Origin: Eledone cirrhosa
Lineage: Eukaryota
Assembly (NCBI GenBank): GCA_964016885.1
Contig: OZ024741.1
Span: 322,462,001-322,526,000 of the forward strand
Direction of reading: 5' to 3'
Length of the DNA stretch: 64,000 nucleotides
Positions 1 through 13,649 of the stretch are shown here, piece after piece. Each line of letters begins with the position of its first letter. Position 1 is the first letter of the stretch. The notes under the pieces are model-generated. The model was given only the letters and a program-made list of their open reading frames with translations. It made no database searches and was not told the origin of the DNA. Both the position numbers and the translations under genes were made by a program.

Positions 1-660
1 TGTACATGCCTTCTTTTCCCTGTCCCATATCATTATATCTGGTCTGTTATGCCTGCATTTTATTGGGGATTTTACTGGAACATCCCACCAGTACTCTTTC
101 ATATTATGTATATGTATGTCTTCCACATTACTGTAGCTTTTAATGTGTTTATTATCGGGGCTATCTTTTCTACGGATTGCATTGTACAGTGTTTTGGCCA
201 CTACATTATGCCTCATAGGTAGATAGTACCACGATGACATCTATAGACAGCTGCTTATGATATAGGTGACATCTTCGTTGTTAATTTTGCAGAGTCTGCA
301 CTTGTTGTCACATCTAGGTGTTTTGCCTGCATCCCTATCTCTATTGTGAATCAGGTATTTCGTGTTAATTTCCTGTTCTTGGATTGCAAAAGCGTATCCT
401 TCAAAGTGGGAGCCAATATTGCGGCTCTTGGTCCAAGATAGATTACTTTCTTTATCTATATTACTCTCACTCTGGAGCTTCCTGGCAACATATCCATGCA
501 TGCTTTTTTGCTAAGCATGCAGTTTTTCATCCATGGATTCACTGCGATACTGCTGATCGACTTCCCTGGGTGTGAGTTTTTGATTATTACACAGGGAATA
601 TCTTTCAAGGAGTTCCTTCCCAACTCTCATGATCTTATCTGTTTCATGCAGATAGACTTG
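1..660 (-). pseudogene. R4/Dong-like non-LTR retrotransposon ORF C-terminal fragment (zinc knuckle + restriction-like endonuclease)
   Basis: Minus strand translates ...EGYAFAIQEQEINTK...CRLCK...ISSCL*MSSWYYLPMRHNVVAK...WWDVPVK...HNRPDIMIWDREKKACT, with RH and RPD motifs. In-frame stops at ~241 and ~511. Confidence 0.85.
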
Positions 661-745
661 TATGTATGTATGTACGTATGTATGTATGTATGTATGTATG
701 TATGTATGTATGTATGTATGTATGTATGTATGTATGTATGTATGT
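661..745 (+). repeat. (TATG)n microsatellite
   Basis: Direct reading; further arrays at 1353-1416, 2235-2345 and 36345-36530. Confidence 0.95.
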
Positions 746-1015
746 AGGTCACCAGTTGGTGCTACTGATAACATGTATCCCAGTACAACATGTCTCATGG
801 TCGGGTCGTTGGCGACTAAACTGGCAACCCCACCAAGGTTTCTTGGTGAGGAGGGTGACTTTGGACATCCTGCAGGACTAAAAACAAAACCTGTCAAAGG
901 GCAAAGGAGCTGTTAAAAGTCAATGGCCATCCAAAATCACCGGGAGAGATGACCCCTTAGCCTTTGTCAAGGCAGAATTCTAGGAGAAGGAAAATTCTGA
1001 TATAACACCTGCAAC
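746..1015 (+). mobile_element. LINE (RTE-like) 5' UTR-type segment
   Basis: Similar to 46870-47105 (cccagtacaacMtgtctcatggtYgggtcgtYggcgaYtaaac...gcaaccccaccaag) and ends in ggagaaggaaaattctga. The family call is from recollection. Confidence 0.5.
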
Positions 1016-1213
1016 CCTGATGGTATCCAATGATGTTGACTTGTTCTTCTTTTTGGTAAATGTCATCTTGGTTAAGAGAGTGGGACTGGCTTTGTGCAGT
1101 GCCTTTGCTCACTATAAAAGCTTCACGGCACAGGCATTGCTTTATATCTGGAGATCTCTCTGCACTTGTCGTTACATGGTACCATGGGCCCAGCATTATA
1201 TGTCAATAATTGT

Positions 1214-1356
1214 CACAAGTGTAGTGTTTGTACCAGAGCTTTCAAGTCGCTGGCTGGACTAAAACGTCACACTCGTTCAGCGCATCGGTACGGGTTCTCT
1301 ACATGGATATAAAGTAGTGGCCGTACTCGAAAACGAGTTGGCAGCCACCACCATGT
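1214..1356 (+). mobile_element. LINE 3' end: C2H2 finger, 3' stem-loop and (TATG)n tail
   Basis: HKCSVCTRAFKSLAGLKRHTRSAH (1214-1285; not in the ORF track), stop at ~1310, then ggccgtaCTCGaaaaCGAGttggcagccaccacca-(TGTA)n. Confidence 0.65.
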
Positions 1357-1417
1357 ATGTATGTATGTATGTATGTATGTATGTATGTATGTATGTATGT
1401 ATGTATGTATGTATGTG

Positions 1418-1818
1418 TCATCTCGAATCGCATACGAGAAAGTAAAGTGGGATGTGAGGAAGAGCATTGCTGTTGCACTTCCAGACGGCGAGGGTCCTCC
1501 TATGGTGCTGACATGCAGCGTCTGTGCGAGACTCTGCCTAAGCAAAGCTGGACTCGAAAGTCATCTTCGCAGTCATAAAGTAAGACCAGTGGTTGACTAC
1601 CAGGCTGCTGTTGGAGATGCTACTCATCATACTTGCCAAGCATGTGGTAGAGAATGTAAATCAGCAGGAGGGCTCAAACGACATGCAAAAGTACATGAAC
1701 TCCAACCTCAGCAGGCTATTCCCATTGAATATTTTGGTTGCCGACTCTGTGCAAGACATTTTAGATCTTTGGCTGGGCTAAAAAGCCACATTCGATCGCA
1801 GCGCTGTTAGTTGCTATC

Positions 1819-1852
<34 letters not shown>

Positions 1853-2090
1853 GTTTATGTGTGTGCGTGTGTGTGTATATATATATATATATGTATATTA
1901 TTATTGTTGTTGTCGTTATTATTATTGTTGTTATTATTATTATTGTTATTAATATATATGTATGTGTATGTTTATATATATATATGTGTATATATATATG
2001 TGTGTATATATGTATATATTTTTTATTTAAATTTTTTTTTTCTCGTGCAATGGCCATACTCGATAACGAGGGGGCAACCATCATCATGTA
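1418..2090 (+). mobile_element. LINE (RTE-like) 3' end with three C2H2 zinc fingers
   Basis: CSVCARLCLSKAGLESHLRSH, CQACGRECKSAGGLKRHAKVH and CRLCARHFRSLAGLKSHIRSQ, stop at 1810. The terminal motif ggccataCTCGataaCGAGggggcaaccatcatca-TGTATG at 2050-2090 matches 1318-1356. Confidence 0.65.
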
Positions 2091-3609
2091 TGTGTGTAGA
2101 TATGTGTGTATGTATGCGTGTATCTATATAGGTGTGTATGTATGTAGGTGTGCATGTATACATCTGTATGTGAATAGGTGTGTAAATACGTGTGTATGTA
2201 TATATGCGTGTATGTATGTAGGCGTGTATGCACATGTATGTATGTATGTATGTATGTATGTATGTATGTATGTATGTATGTATGTATGTATGGATGGATG
2301 GATGTATGTATGTATGTATGTATGTATGTATGGATATATGTATGTATGTGTATATGTGGACACAGCACGGCCGAATGGTTTAGAAGTTCGGCTATATTTA
2401 TATATACGAGAGAGTTTGCTGGTAAATGTCAGTTTGTCTCGATAGAAGATTAATGTTTTGTCACAGCAGTCGACAATCAAGTCTCTGTTTCATCTGAAAT
2501 GTGTTTATCATAATCTGAGTGGAATCACCAGTGACATTGCATGCTTTTGGTATAATACATGGACAATACTATTTTCCTATTTATTCTTGTTACTCTGTAT
2601 CATTTTTATAACAACAGATTGAACACGAATTGCCCGGTGAAAGAGCCATCCTGACTTTTATTCATCTCTACATTTATTTCTCCGAATAGGCTATGTAGCC
2701 GGTAAGCCCTAAAGGGACGCAACACACATCGCTATAGCATTTCACCAGCCCCTTCCTTCTGTTGTCTGCATCTGTTTATGTATTTACATGTAGATGTAAT
2801 GAATGGACGACTAAATGATTTTAACTTGTTTTTTTATCAATTGATGGTGGAAAAGATTTCAAATTGTCTTAACAATTGTCTTAACAATTGTCTTAATTCG
2901 GGCCCCAGCTCATGATATATTACCGGTTACATAGCTTCTTCCTTATTTCTCTGCAGTCCTCTGATTGATATCGTCAGAATTTCTTCTTAAATATTTTTCT
3001 TTCAGCTTTCCTTTCTTTTCTTCTGACGACAGCATTTTTCCTTGACATCTTTTTAATTCTGTTTGAGTGTGATTAATAAATACATCAGAGTTAACATCTC
3101 GCAGGTTTTAATATCAAAAGACTGAATTTCTTCTATAGACTAGTCCCTTATGCAAAATGTTTGTAGGAGTACTGGTTCTGAAAAGACATTGTGAAATATT
3201 GCTTTGTTGTCAAAGGAAAACTCTGGTTACCTTTTTAAAACGCCATTGATTATTTTATCTTTATACACATCACATTTTCATGAACACCTACGTATCTGTA
3301 CCATTCATTGTGTTACAAATGAAAGACAGAGTGACAATTGGTGTTAATGTTTTGGCTTTCGAAAGCAGTATTCCTACATTAAACAATCGTTTGGCCAAAT
3401 TCCATCTGTGTATAAGATGAAAGTTGTATTAAATCTAGACGTTGCCCTGTACTTTAGATAATATTTCCAATATAGATCTTTAGAGTGTCAACAACAAAGA
3501 AATGAAAACTTTATTTAGAATATCATAACAAAATGTCAGAGGAGGAGAAACAAGGGGGCGGGATAAACTCTACACATTTGGCTGGGCGGTATAACTCAGT
3601 TACAACCCA

Positions 3610-4465
3610 AGAACGAGAGAGGAATAGCCAGCAATTAGAGGTATCATTTAGCTACACCCCAGGGACAAGATAAAAATAGCCAGTAATGGGAGATATAACC
3701 TAGCTACACCCCAGGGACAAGATAAAAATAGCCAGTAATGGGCGATATAACCCAGCTACACCCCAGGGACAAGATAAAAATAGCCAGTAATGGAAGATAT
3801 AACCCAGCTACACCCCAGGGACAAGATAAAAATAGCCAGTAATGGGAGATATAACCTAGCTACACCCCAGGGACAAGATAAAAATAGCCAGTAATGGAAG
3901 ATATAACCCAGCTACACCCCAGGGACAAGATAAAAATAGCCAGTAATGGGAGATATAACCTAGCTACACCCCAGGGACAAGATAAAAATAGCCAGTAATG
4001 GGAGATATAACCTAGCTACACCCCAGGGACAAGATAAAAATAGCCAGTAATGGGAGATATAACCCAACTGCACCCCAGGGACAAGATAAAAATAGCCAGT
4101 AATGGGAGATATAACCCAGCTACACCCCAGGGACAAGATAAAAATAGCCAGTAATGGAAGATATAACCTAGCTACACCCCAGGGACAAGATAAAAATAGC
4201 CAGTAATGGGAGATATAACCTAGCTACACCCCAGGGACAAGATAAAAATAGCCAGTAATGGGAGATATAACCTAGCTACACCCCAGGGACAAGATAAAAA
4301 TAGCCAGTAATGGGAGATATAACCCAACTGCACCCCAGGGACAAGATAAAAATAGCCAGTAATGGGAGATATAACCCAGCTACACCCCAGGGACAAGATA
4401 AAAATAGCCAGTAATGGGAAGTATTACTTAGCTGTTCCCCAGGAACAAGATAAAAACAGCCTGCA
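3610..4465 (+). repeat. 52-bp minisatellite, about 16 copies
   Basis: Unit agggacaagataaaaatagccagtaatgggagatataacctagctacacccc starts at 3661, 3713 ... 4441. Confidence 0.95.
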
Positions 4466-5204
4466 ATACCTGCTGCATCAGCCACTCCACATCTGGTTAT
4501 ATCCGTGTCTTTTGCTGTATTATATGTAAGAAAACTAACAGTGGGCTCAATGTTCTAAATAACCAGAAGTACAAACATTCGGTTTCTTTGAAATATTTCT
4601 ACTGAAAGGTTTATACCATTAGAGAGCACAATTGTATTTTCAGTTGATTGACCAGTTTTTTTTGTACGTTTTCCGATGACAGCAACTCTAACAATCATTA
4701 CTTTCTCCTAATTCGCAGTCATGGGTCGAGGTTTGGAGTGGAGTTGGTGAATATTGTCAAACGTCGTTCTATAATGAGGCCATGTTGTCATAAATTTTCA
4801 GTTATGCCTCCTTACATCAAATATCACAGAAGCAATTCGGCACATGTCCAAAGCCCATTACCACTTGCTTCCTTATCAGTGACAAACTGTTTTTATATTT
4901 TTGCTAAGTAGATGATTTTTTTTTTCAATTCTGAGCTAGATTTTTCTGTTACGGCAAGTCAGTCTGGTATGTCAATTTAGGCTTCGATACAGGAAACATC
5001 AACCTCTTCCTTACACAAGGGCCCTAAACTCCTGATTGATTCGTAGAAACGCAGTTGTGAGATACAGCGTGTCTAGGATATTTATACCTGGAGGAGCTCA
5101 TTCCTCTCCGATTGAGAGAGAAGGTGAGAAAGAGATATAAAAGAAGAAACTGTCCCACTACTAGACTAGATCTTTATTTATAGACCTCGATATAATAATT
5201 TCTG

Positions 5205-5405
5205 ATTTAGGCACAAAGCCAGCAATTTGGGGGAGGAGAAAGTCGATTAAATTGACCCTAGTGTAGGACTGGTACTTTATTTATACCTTAGACCTCGCAA
5301 TGATAACAGGCAAAGTTGACGTTGAGGGGTTTTGAACTCAGAACCTGAACGAATACCGTGAAGTATTCTATTTGATGTTCTAACCATTCTGCCAACTAAC
5401 CGCCT
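5205..5405 (-). mobile_element. SINE family A copy
   Basis: Diverged match to the window consensus ctgagttcaaatcccgccgaggttaactttgcctttcatccttacggggtcgataaaataaagtaccag, which has a B-box-like GAGTTCAAATCC. Confidence 0.75.
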
Positions 5406-5624
5406 TTTCAACAACTTCTACTAGTATCCAACTATTAAGTATCTTCCTTGCGTTTGTTCCACTCTATTGCTTTTTCAGAGCTTATATTCTGATCTACAAG
5501 TTTTCTCTATGTTATGGTCAGCCAGTCTACTATGTCAATTTCAGGCTTCCATACACAAGATTAGTCTTCTGTAAAACTCCAACGTCTTCTGCCAGTAACA
5601 AAACTACATTGCTTTTTCCTACCC

Positions 5625-6560
5625 TTTTGCCGTTATATTAAGACTTTTCTTGGTGTTTTCTCGTTATATCAAGTCTCTCCCTAGTGTTTTTCCGTTATGT
5701 TAAACTTCTCCCTAGTCTTTTTCTATTATGTTAAGACTCTTTTTTGTGTACTTTCGTTGTGCTCCGCTCCTTCCTAGTGTTTCCGTTATATCAAGTCCCT
5801 TGTGTCTTCCGTTATATCAAGTCCCTTGTGTCTTCCGTTATATCAAGTCTCTTCTGTCTTCCGTTATATCAAGTCTCTTCTGTCTTCCGTTATATCAAGT
5901 CTCTTGTGTCTTCCGTTATATCAAGTCTATTGTGTCTTCCGTTATATCAATCCTCTTGTGTCTTCCGTTATATCAAGACTCTTGTGTCTTCCGTTATATC
6001 AAGTCTCTTGTGTCTTCCGTTATATCAAGTCCCTTCCTTGTGTCTTTCGTTATACCAAGTCTCTTTTATCTTCCGTTATATCAGGTCCCTTCCTAGTGTT
6101 TTCCGTTATACCAAGTTATTTTATCTTCCGTTATATTAAGCCCCTTCCTAGTGTTTTCCGTTATATGAAGTCCCTCTCCTATTGTTTTTTCCGTTATATC
6201 AAATCTGCTCCTAGTGTTTTCCCGTTATATCAAGTCCTCTCCTTGTGTCTTCCATTATACCAAGTCGCCTCCTAGTGGTTTTCCGTTATATCAAGTCTCC
6301 TCCTAGTGTTTTTCCGTTATATCAAGTCCCCTCCTTGTGTCTTCCATTATACCAAGTCGCCTCTTAGTATTTTTTCCGTTATATCAAGTCTCCTCCTAGT
6401 GTTTTTCCGTTATATCAAGTCTCTTCTCTGTTTTTCCGTTATATCAAGTCTCTTCTCTGTTTTCCGTTATATCAAGTCTCTTCGCTGTTTTTCCATTATG
6501 TAAAGTCTTTTCCCAATGGTTTTCCGTTACATTAAGTCTCTTTCTTGTGATTTTTCTGCT
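5625..6560 (+). repeat. 26-31-bp minisatellite (ccgttatatcaagtctcttgtgtctt core)
   Basis: 26-bp period at 5783/5809; longer, more degenerate units on the flanks. Confidence 0.9.
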
Positions 6561-7374
6561 ATGTAATTTTGCCAAATTTCCAGAGTTCACGGTGTAAACT
6601 TGATTGTGGATATTGAAGCAGTAGTATTTTCTAATTTATCTAACTATGGTATTGATACAATAGTATTTTCCGATCATATTTAGCCATGATGTATTCTGAT
6701 TGAAAATATTCTTTTCTTACCAGATCTGAGATCGAAAATGATTTAAGATATTGAAAAGGTCCGTTTTTGACTAAGATCTTTTCATTCTAATCTAGATCAC
6801 AGATTAGTGGTAAACCTGTGTTTAACGATGCTTTAGTAATGTTATTCTTGATGTTATTTAACCCAGCTCCGATCAGCTGTAACTTTTCCATTACATTTTA
6901 CAACATAATGTATCCAGGACTACATAATCTAATGTATCTTTCTTCCATTTTGTTTGTAATATTAAGGTATGATTTATTTGGTTAGCTTTTTCATAAAATG
7001 TAGTTGTTGTGTTGTAAATATATTGTTCCTTTTTTTTTAATTACCTTATAGTAGTTATCTAAATGTCTGATTATCCACTACTGACGCTTCATTGTTTATT
7101 CTAATTATATTATTCATTTAAGTCGATTATTTTTATTATTACATCCATTGCAGGTGTTTTATTTTTTCCAGAGTGATTCTAGCGTTATACAGGCAGATAT
7201 TGATTGCTATATAGTTGTTATTTAATGTTTTCATGTATTCTATTGTGATATCGTTGATAACTTTTAACAGAAGTGTGCTTGGGTTTTCTCTCTTCCTCAC
7301 TCTTATACATTTGTCTAATGTGTGTTTCAAAGTGTGGTTTTAAATTGTTATTATTTATTCATATTTATAGTATC

Positions 7375-7630
7375 GGTTATATGGTGGTAAGTGTTCGGCT
7401 CTCGATCGTAAAATCGTAAGTTCAATTTCAGAAAGAGCGGCGTGTTGTATTTGAGGTTGCTCCAGTCAACTGGCAAAAATAAGCACATGTATTTCACTGT
7501 TACACAATGTGCCACGTTTAATCTCCCCAAGAACGACGTTAAGGGTACATGTGCCTGTGGAATGATCACCCATGAGCAAGCTGTTTCGTTGTTAGAACAA
7601 CTGGAACTCTCATTGTCGAAACCGTATGGT
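7375..7630 (+). mobile_element. tRNA-derived SINE family B, diverged
   Basis: Collinear with 51747-52060 (gtaagttcaatt, aacgacgttaagggtacatgtgcctgtggaatg). Confidence 0.65.
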
Positions 7631-8728
7631 AGTATAATGTATGTTGAACAATGGTGGGGTTGCTGATAGTGTGTGTTTAATGTTGTTATTCTATTTGATG
7701 GCAAGTTTTAAATGGTTTTGAACGTTCTTTTAAAAGTTGAGTTGCATTACTAGAGCTGGTGTTACAGTCTTTTTAACAGACATTTTGGGTGCAGAAGTTA
7801 TCTGTTGTCAAAGCTGTTTATCAGTGCTTTACCTCTTTTGATCTCAAGCCGCTTGAAACCGCTTCTGCTTCTATAATACGAAACTGTTTCAAAGTATATA
7901 TATTTATCTGAAAACCTTCCATCATAATTTTAAGTAAGTTATGCTATAAACACCAACATAATGGTGAATGTTCATTATACCACTGAATCTTTCCAACTTT
8001 TTTTATTTTAAAAAATTGTTTGAAATTCATAGGCAGTCTTTCATTGGAAATATGATAAGGAAAGGGTTAAGTTTCGGTGGTTTTCTTCTTAATATTTCTT
8101 TAACCGTTTCATATAGACTATAGAATGACTTTCTCGCGTTTTTGAACAGTAACGGAATAGATCTTTATTGAAATATAAATATAAAGGGAGTTCATAGGAA
8201 TGAATACATACGCCATTTTGATAGGTGTAATAATGAGGGTATTGATTGTATTGATATCAATGTTAGCTATGATAGATAAAGCAAAACTTCAAGAAGTAAT
8301 AATTTATAATCGAGTCTGAACAACGTTAAGTTGGTGAATAAAAGAAGTTCCTCTTGCATATATAACATACTAAAGCCATTTACATATTTATGCTGGACTT
8401 GCGTGTAGGTAGTTCAATAATCTTTAAACATACAACACCGGTTTGTCTTATAGTATGCCGTCAAAATTATTTCTTTGTTTTTGTTAAAATTTATGGACGT
8501 TACTTCCAATTTCGTGGTTCATAGATAAGATATTTATCCAGCTTCTACATGGTTCCTTAATCTGCTAAAAATTTCAGCTAAATTTTCTTCACATCATACC
8601 CTGGTGACTTAGAAAAAGGGAAAAGAAACATTGGATGATACTGTTCTGGAAGTTCTTAAAGAATTGGGATGATCACGTCTGGACTACTTCTAATCATTGA
8701 ACTGTCGGATCAGGAGTGATCTTGGATT

Positions 8729-8831
<103 letters not shown>

Positions 8832-9529
8832 CTTCATCTACTCAGAGTCGACCACATATATCATGCCTCTTTTACGGTTTCTTCTCTGGTACAGCTAGTC
8901 AATAATCTCGTTGATTTTAACATTCATGTTTCGCTCTAAACTTCCTTCAACATATATACCTCCATGAAATCGAAATCGAACAATAGCAGTATTACCTGTC
9001 GTCAACCATTACCGAAAACGCGGCTCGTATACCTATTATGTCAAACAATATTTTTGTCGGATAAAATTTAAACATGCTATGATTCAGCACCGACAATGGC
9101 AAAATCAGACATTCTCCAGAAAGCACCCAATGATTATCACATTTATTCATGAGGAGTTGGAAGGCATGCTTGCGGTCACTGATAGCGACAATATGGACAC
9201 TTGGAGCTTTTAAAAATAGTTTATAAGAAGCAGTGTGAGATCTGTGTTGATGATTGAAAAACAGATCCTAACCTAGAATTATTTTGAACTATAAAGTAAA
9301 AGAGTAAACTGTTCTTTTGTTTTAATTTTCTTATTTTGATCTAATTTTCACGCTATTATTTTTCATTTCTTTTTTTCTGCTTTGTCTGGAGGAAGGAGTT
9401 GTGCTCATGGTATTTACTGCCTCTATGAGACCAATGAAATCGATGTGGATTATGTTTCTATTGAATAGCTGAATAGCTGCAAGTTGATGAGTGCAAGAAA
9501 ACATAGTCTGATGATGGTGGTGGTGGATG

Positions 9530-9745
9530 TGGGTGATGATTCTAGAAGGAAACGATTCTGGAGGAAAGACTGGACATTGTAGTTAGTGCGTGTCTGGGAG
9601 TGACGAGAACACCATACAAGTGACAAGCGTGGGTCTGAGTGGAGATGGCTCGTGTTTAGCCAAATTCAAGGAGTATAGGCCACGATAGTTGTAGTAGAGA
9701 AGGAAGAGGAGAGAGAAGACGTTACATATATTGGTCTGAGAGAAT
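9530..9745 (-). pseudogene. Decayed LINE RT C-terminal fragment (Jockey/CR1-like)
   Basis: Minus strand NVFSLLFLLYYNYRGLYSLNLAKHEPSP...RTNYNVQSF resembles the 'VASLSLFYRYYHG...SF' LINE tail. Confidence 0.35.
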
Positions 9746-10313
9746 TTAAAACAAAGAAAAATGGGTGTTGCTCTCGTTCAGTCACTGTATACTTGTTTCT
9801 AACTCAATAATCGTTATATTGCAGTAAATGACACATCAGTACTCCTTCCTAGTTTAACTAGCAACAGGTTTTTAAATCAATTTACCTGCATTATAGGTAA
9901 TATTACAACACACTACATGACATGGAACTAAACAAAAGTTGACAGGAAAAACGTTACACAACCACATAGATATTCCACCATGAAAATATTGAATGTATTA
10001 CAGGAGCTAATATGCGAAATCATTATTAAGGTAACCTCAAATCCCGCCGAGGTTGACTTTGCCTTTCATCCTTACGGGGTCGATAGAATAAAGTACCAGT
10101 AATGTACTGGGTAATTGGTGGCCTTGTGCCTAAAGTAGAAACACTCATAACGTATAGATATTTGCCATAAAATACTGAATACATTAGAAAAATTACTATA
10201 TCATTACACCCATTCACAAACCCATCTGTTCATCCATCAAACCCGAACTCCTTGAACAATTTTTAACTTAGCAGAGTCCACCTGTCTCCGGGTCTGAGCA
10301 AAGCCTACTACTT

Positions 10314-10408
<95 letters not shown>

Positions 10409-10557
10409 GAAAACACAGGTAAGCATTAAAAAAAGGATTTTATCCAGGTATTTACGACCGTTTCATTGGTAAGTGCAACCTTATATTGCTATACTGCAAA
10501 TAGCAGCCACTCAATAATAATTGTTGTTCACGTCCAAATTTTCAAAATAGTGAATAC

Positions 10558-10617
<60 letters not shown>

Positions 10618-10669
10618 GGAGTTCGGGTTTGATGGATATATATATATATATATAGTAGAGAAACCTGAC

Positions 10670-12358
10670 TGACAAGTGCTTCCGCAAGATCCCGTCTCAG
10701 GGTCGAACAACGCACCATCTTCACCCTACAGACCCACACTCCCCCCGGCCTGAACTCCCCACCCCTATTCCTTAAGCCTTCGACCGCCCTATTCCCCCCC
10801 ACATATCCCCCACTAACACCAATAACACACTCCTCCTTTTCACTGCCCACCCCACAACTAACAATTCTAACACCCCCACCACACTCCAACTACCCTCCCC
10901 CAACTAACAATACTAACATCCTTTCCCCCATCCCCCTTCCCCTCCCCCTATCACGCACACACCCACCGGTACATATATACACGCACTCACACTAACCACA
11001 CACCCTACTACCACCACTAACCCTCACCCACACATCCACTCCCACCACCCCACAATTAATACCACTAACATCCCCCCGACCCCACGCACACGAACACACC
11101 CACCCACCCACACCCACTTACACAACCCACTCTACACACCCTACCGCCACTGACCCCCACTAACACACCCGCATTCAACCCTTTCCCCACCACCAGTGTA
11201 TTAACACCCACTAACACCACCTTCACCACACACACACCAGTACACTACACTCCCTCCACCGTCCCCCATACCTTCCTCTCCCTCTCCCCTCCCCACCCAC
11301 ACCCCTTCACACGCACACACACAGACACACACATCCCACTAACACCTCTACTAATACACCCCTCCCCCCACACGACCCCCTCCCCACTCCACCTTTCACA
11401 CCTACCCATCCTCTCCCCTGTCCTCCGCACCTCCGCACAAACTGACACACCGACTTTCTCCATCTGCCATTCTCCCCTACTGCTGCTATGCCCTGACCCT
11501 CTGACCACCTCTCCGCACACACAGACACACAGTCCTCTCCACCTGTCCTTCTCCTCTACCCTCCTCCTGCCTTGACCCTCTGACCCACATCTCTCCTCTT
11601 TCGACCAACCCAACCACGGTTTACACACATTGGACATCGCTCCCACGAATCAACTCCATCACAAGGAAAATATCCGGCAGTCCACCACATCCTCTACGGA
11701 ACTACCTTAGGAACTTACCCACGGACATACACTCACAAACATTTTTTTCCCACACGCCACCTACATCAACAATACGTATAAACACTACACACACGTGCGT
11801 ACCCCCACATATTTACACACTCAGCCTCCGGAATCCTCTCCCCCTCCCCCACCCCTCTGACCCCTCCCCATCCACACACGCACACCCACACAGACCTACA
11901 TCCCACCCCACACACACCTTTTCCTGAACATGGAACCTCGTTCTTCCCCCAACTCTCACATTCACATACACACACACACACACACGTACACCTACATACA
12001 CACACCACCTTCAGCCCTCCCCGCTCGCACACCCCGCCTCCCTCTCCCCACTTCACCCGCCACCACCCTTACACGCCCCACACCCTTCCACCACTTGTTT
12101 ATCCTCATGTTTATTTTTATTTTTATTATTTTTTTATATTTATTTTCTTTTGTACCCCTTCCACCGTTTCCTCTCACCCCCTTTTTTCTAAATGTCTCTC
12201 CCCCCACTACCCTACACACCCTTGGAACTCTCTTCCCACACACTTTTCGCTTGAAGAAGGGCTTATGCCCGAAACATCCCCCCCCACTCTCAAGAGCGTG
12301 AAACTAATAAACCTTTGTTCGTGCTGCTTCTCTGTTTTGTTCCCGTTCCATTTTTCAC
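10670..12358 (+). mobile_element. 5'-truncated Penelope-like element: GIY-YIG C-terminus, C/A-rich 3' region, pLTR with degenerate HHR
   Basis: RSRLRVEQRTIFTLQTHTPPGLN at ~10695-10765. TTGAAGA-a-GGGC-ttat-GCCC-GAAAC at 12251-12275. AATAAA near 12307. Flanked by (TA)n on both sides. Paralog at 42891-44245. Confidence 0.75.
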
Positions 12359-12448
<90 letters not shown>

Positions 12449-12776
12449 TGTGTGTATGTGTGTGAATGAAGGAATTCCGTCGGAAAGGTCCAGGAAAAAA
12501 GAGTGCTCTATGTAGGTTACAGAGCTTATTAGTTATGTAATAAACAACATAAGATAATTATTTCATTTACCAGTGGTTTCTTGAAAGCAAACAAAATTTG
12601 CTTTCAGTCATCAGAATGAAAAAATCCTGGTGTATTTATTGACAGTGGATTTTAAAAACAAAATTATAATCTATATGAAAGTGAGGCTGGAAAAGGAAGA
12701 AGGAAAGGAAAAAAGAATAAATATAAAAGTAGATAAACACACATGCACACACACACACGCACACACACATATACAT

Positions 12777-12823
<47 letters not shown>

Positions 12824-13040
12824 AAAATACAAATATTATATATATAAAAATAAAAAGGTGGAAGGGGTAAACAGATAGTTGGGAATACGACAAATAATAA
12901 ATAAATAAATAGATAAAGGTATAGATGTTTATAGCTGATTTAGAGCACTCAACATGTTCCTGGAGCAAATAATCAAAGAAAATAAACATTAAATCACTCT
13001 GTATGTTATTATGCACACACACACACACACACACAACCAT

Positions 13041-13094
<54 letters not shown>

Positions 13095-13136
13095 AAAGTA
13101 TGACCCCGACGGCAGAGCTCAAGCCGTTTCGGCGGC

Positions 13137-13193
<57 letters not shown>

Positions 13194-13220
13194 TATATAT
13201 ATATATATATATATAAATAT

Positions 13221-13259
<39 letters not shown>

Positions 13260-13330
13260 TACACACACACACACATATATATATATATACATACATATAC
13301 ATACAGATATATATAATTATATACACATAT

Positions 13331-13416
<86 letters not shown>

Positions 13417-13649
13417 TTACACATATACACAACACATACATACACACAGAAATAAATATCTATGAATAAAAAGGTGGGTATGTAAAAGGGAAGGTAGAAA
13501 GTAGGGGGAATAAGGAAAATAAATAACATAGGAAAAAGTTTAAATATAAGGGGAGATAAGGGAGAAAAAGAATATAAGGGTACAGAAAGTGAGTTCAGAG
13601 AGTAATAAAAATCGTAGTGGGTGTAAGGCGTAAAGAGCAGAGAAGAAGT

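Noticed and set aside
2930-3480. Possible decayed LINE ORF on the minus strand
   Set aside because: Too degenerate to recover diagnostic motifs by eye.
3610-6560. CRISPR-like arrays
   Set aside because: Units abut without unique spacers, there are no cas genes, and the context is eukaryotic. These are minisatellites.
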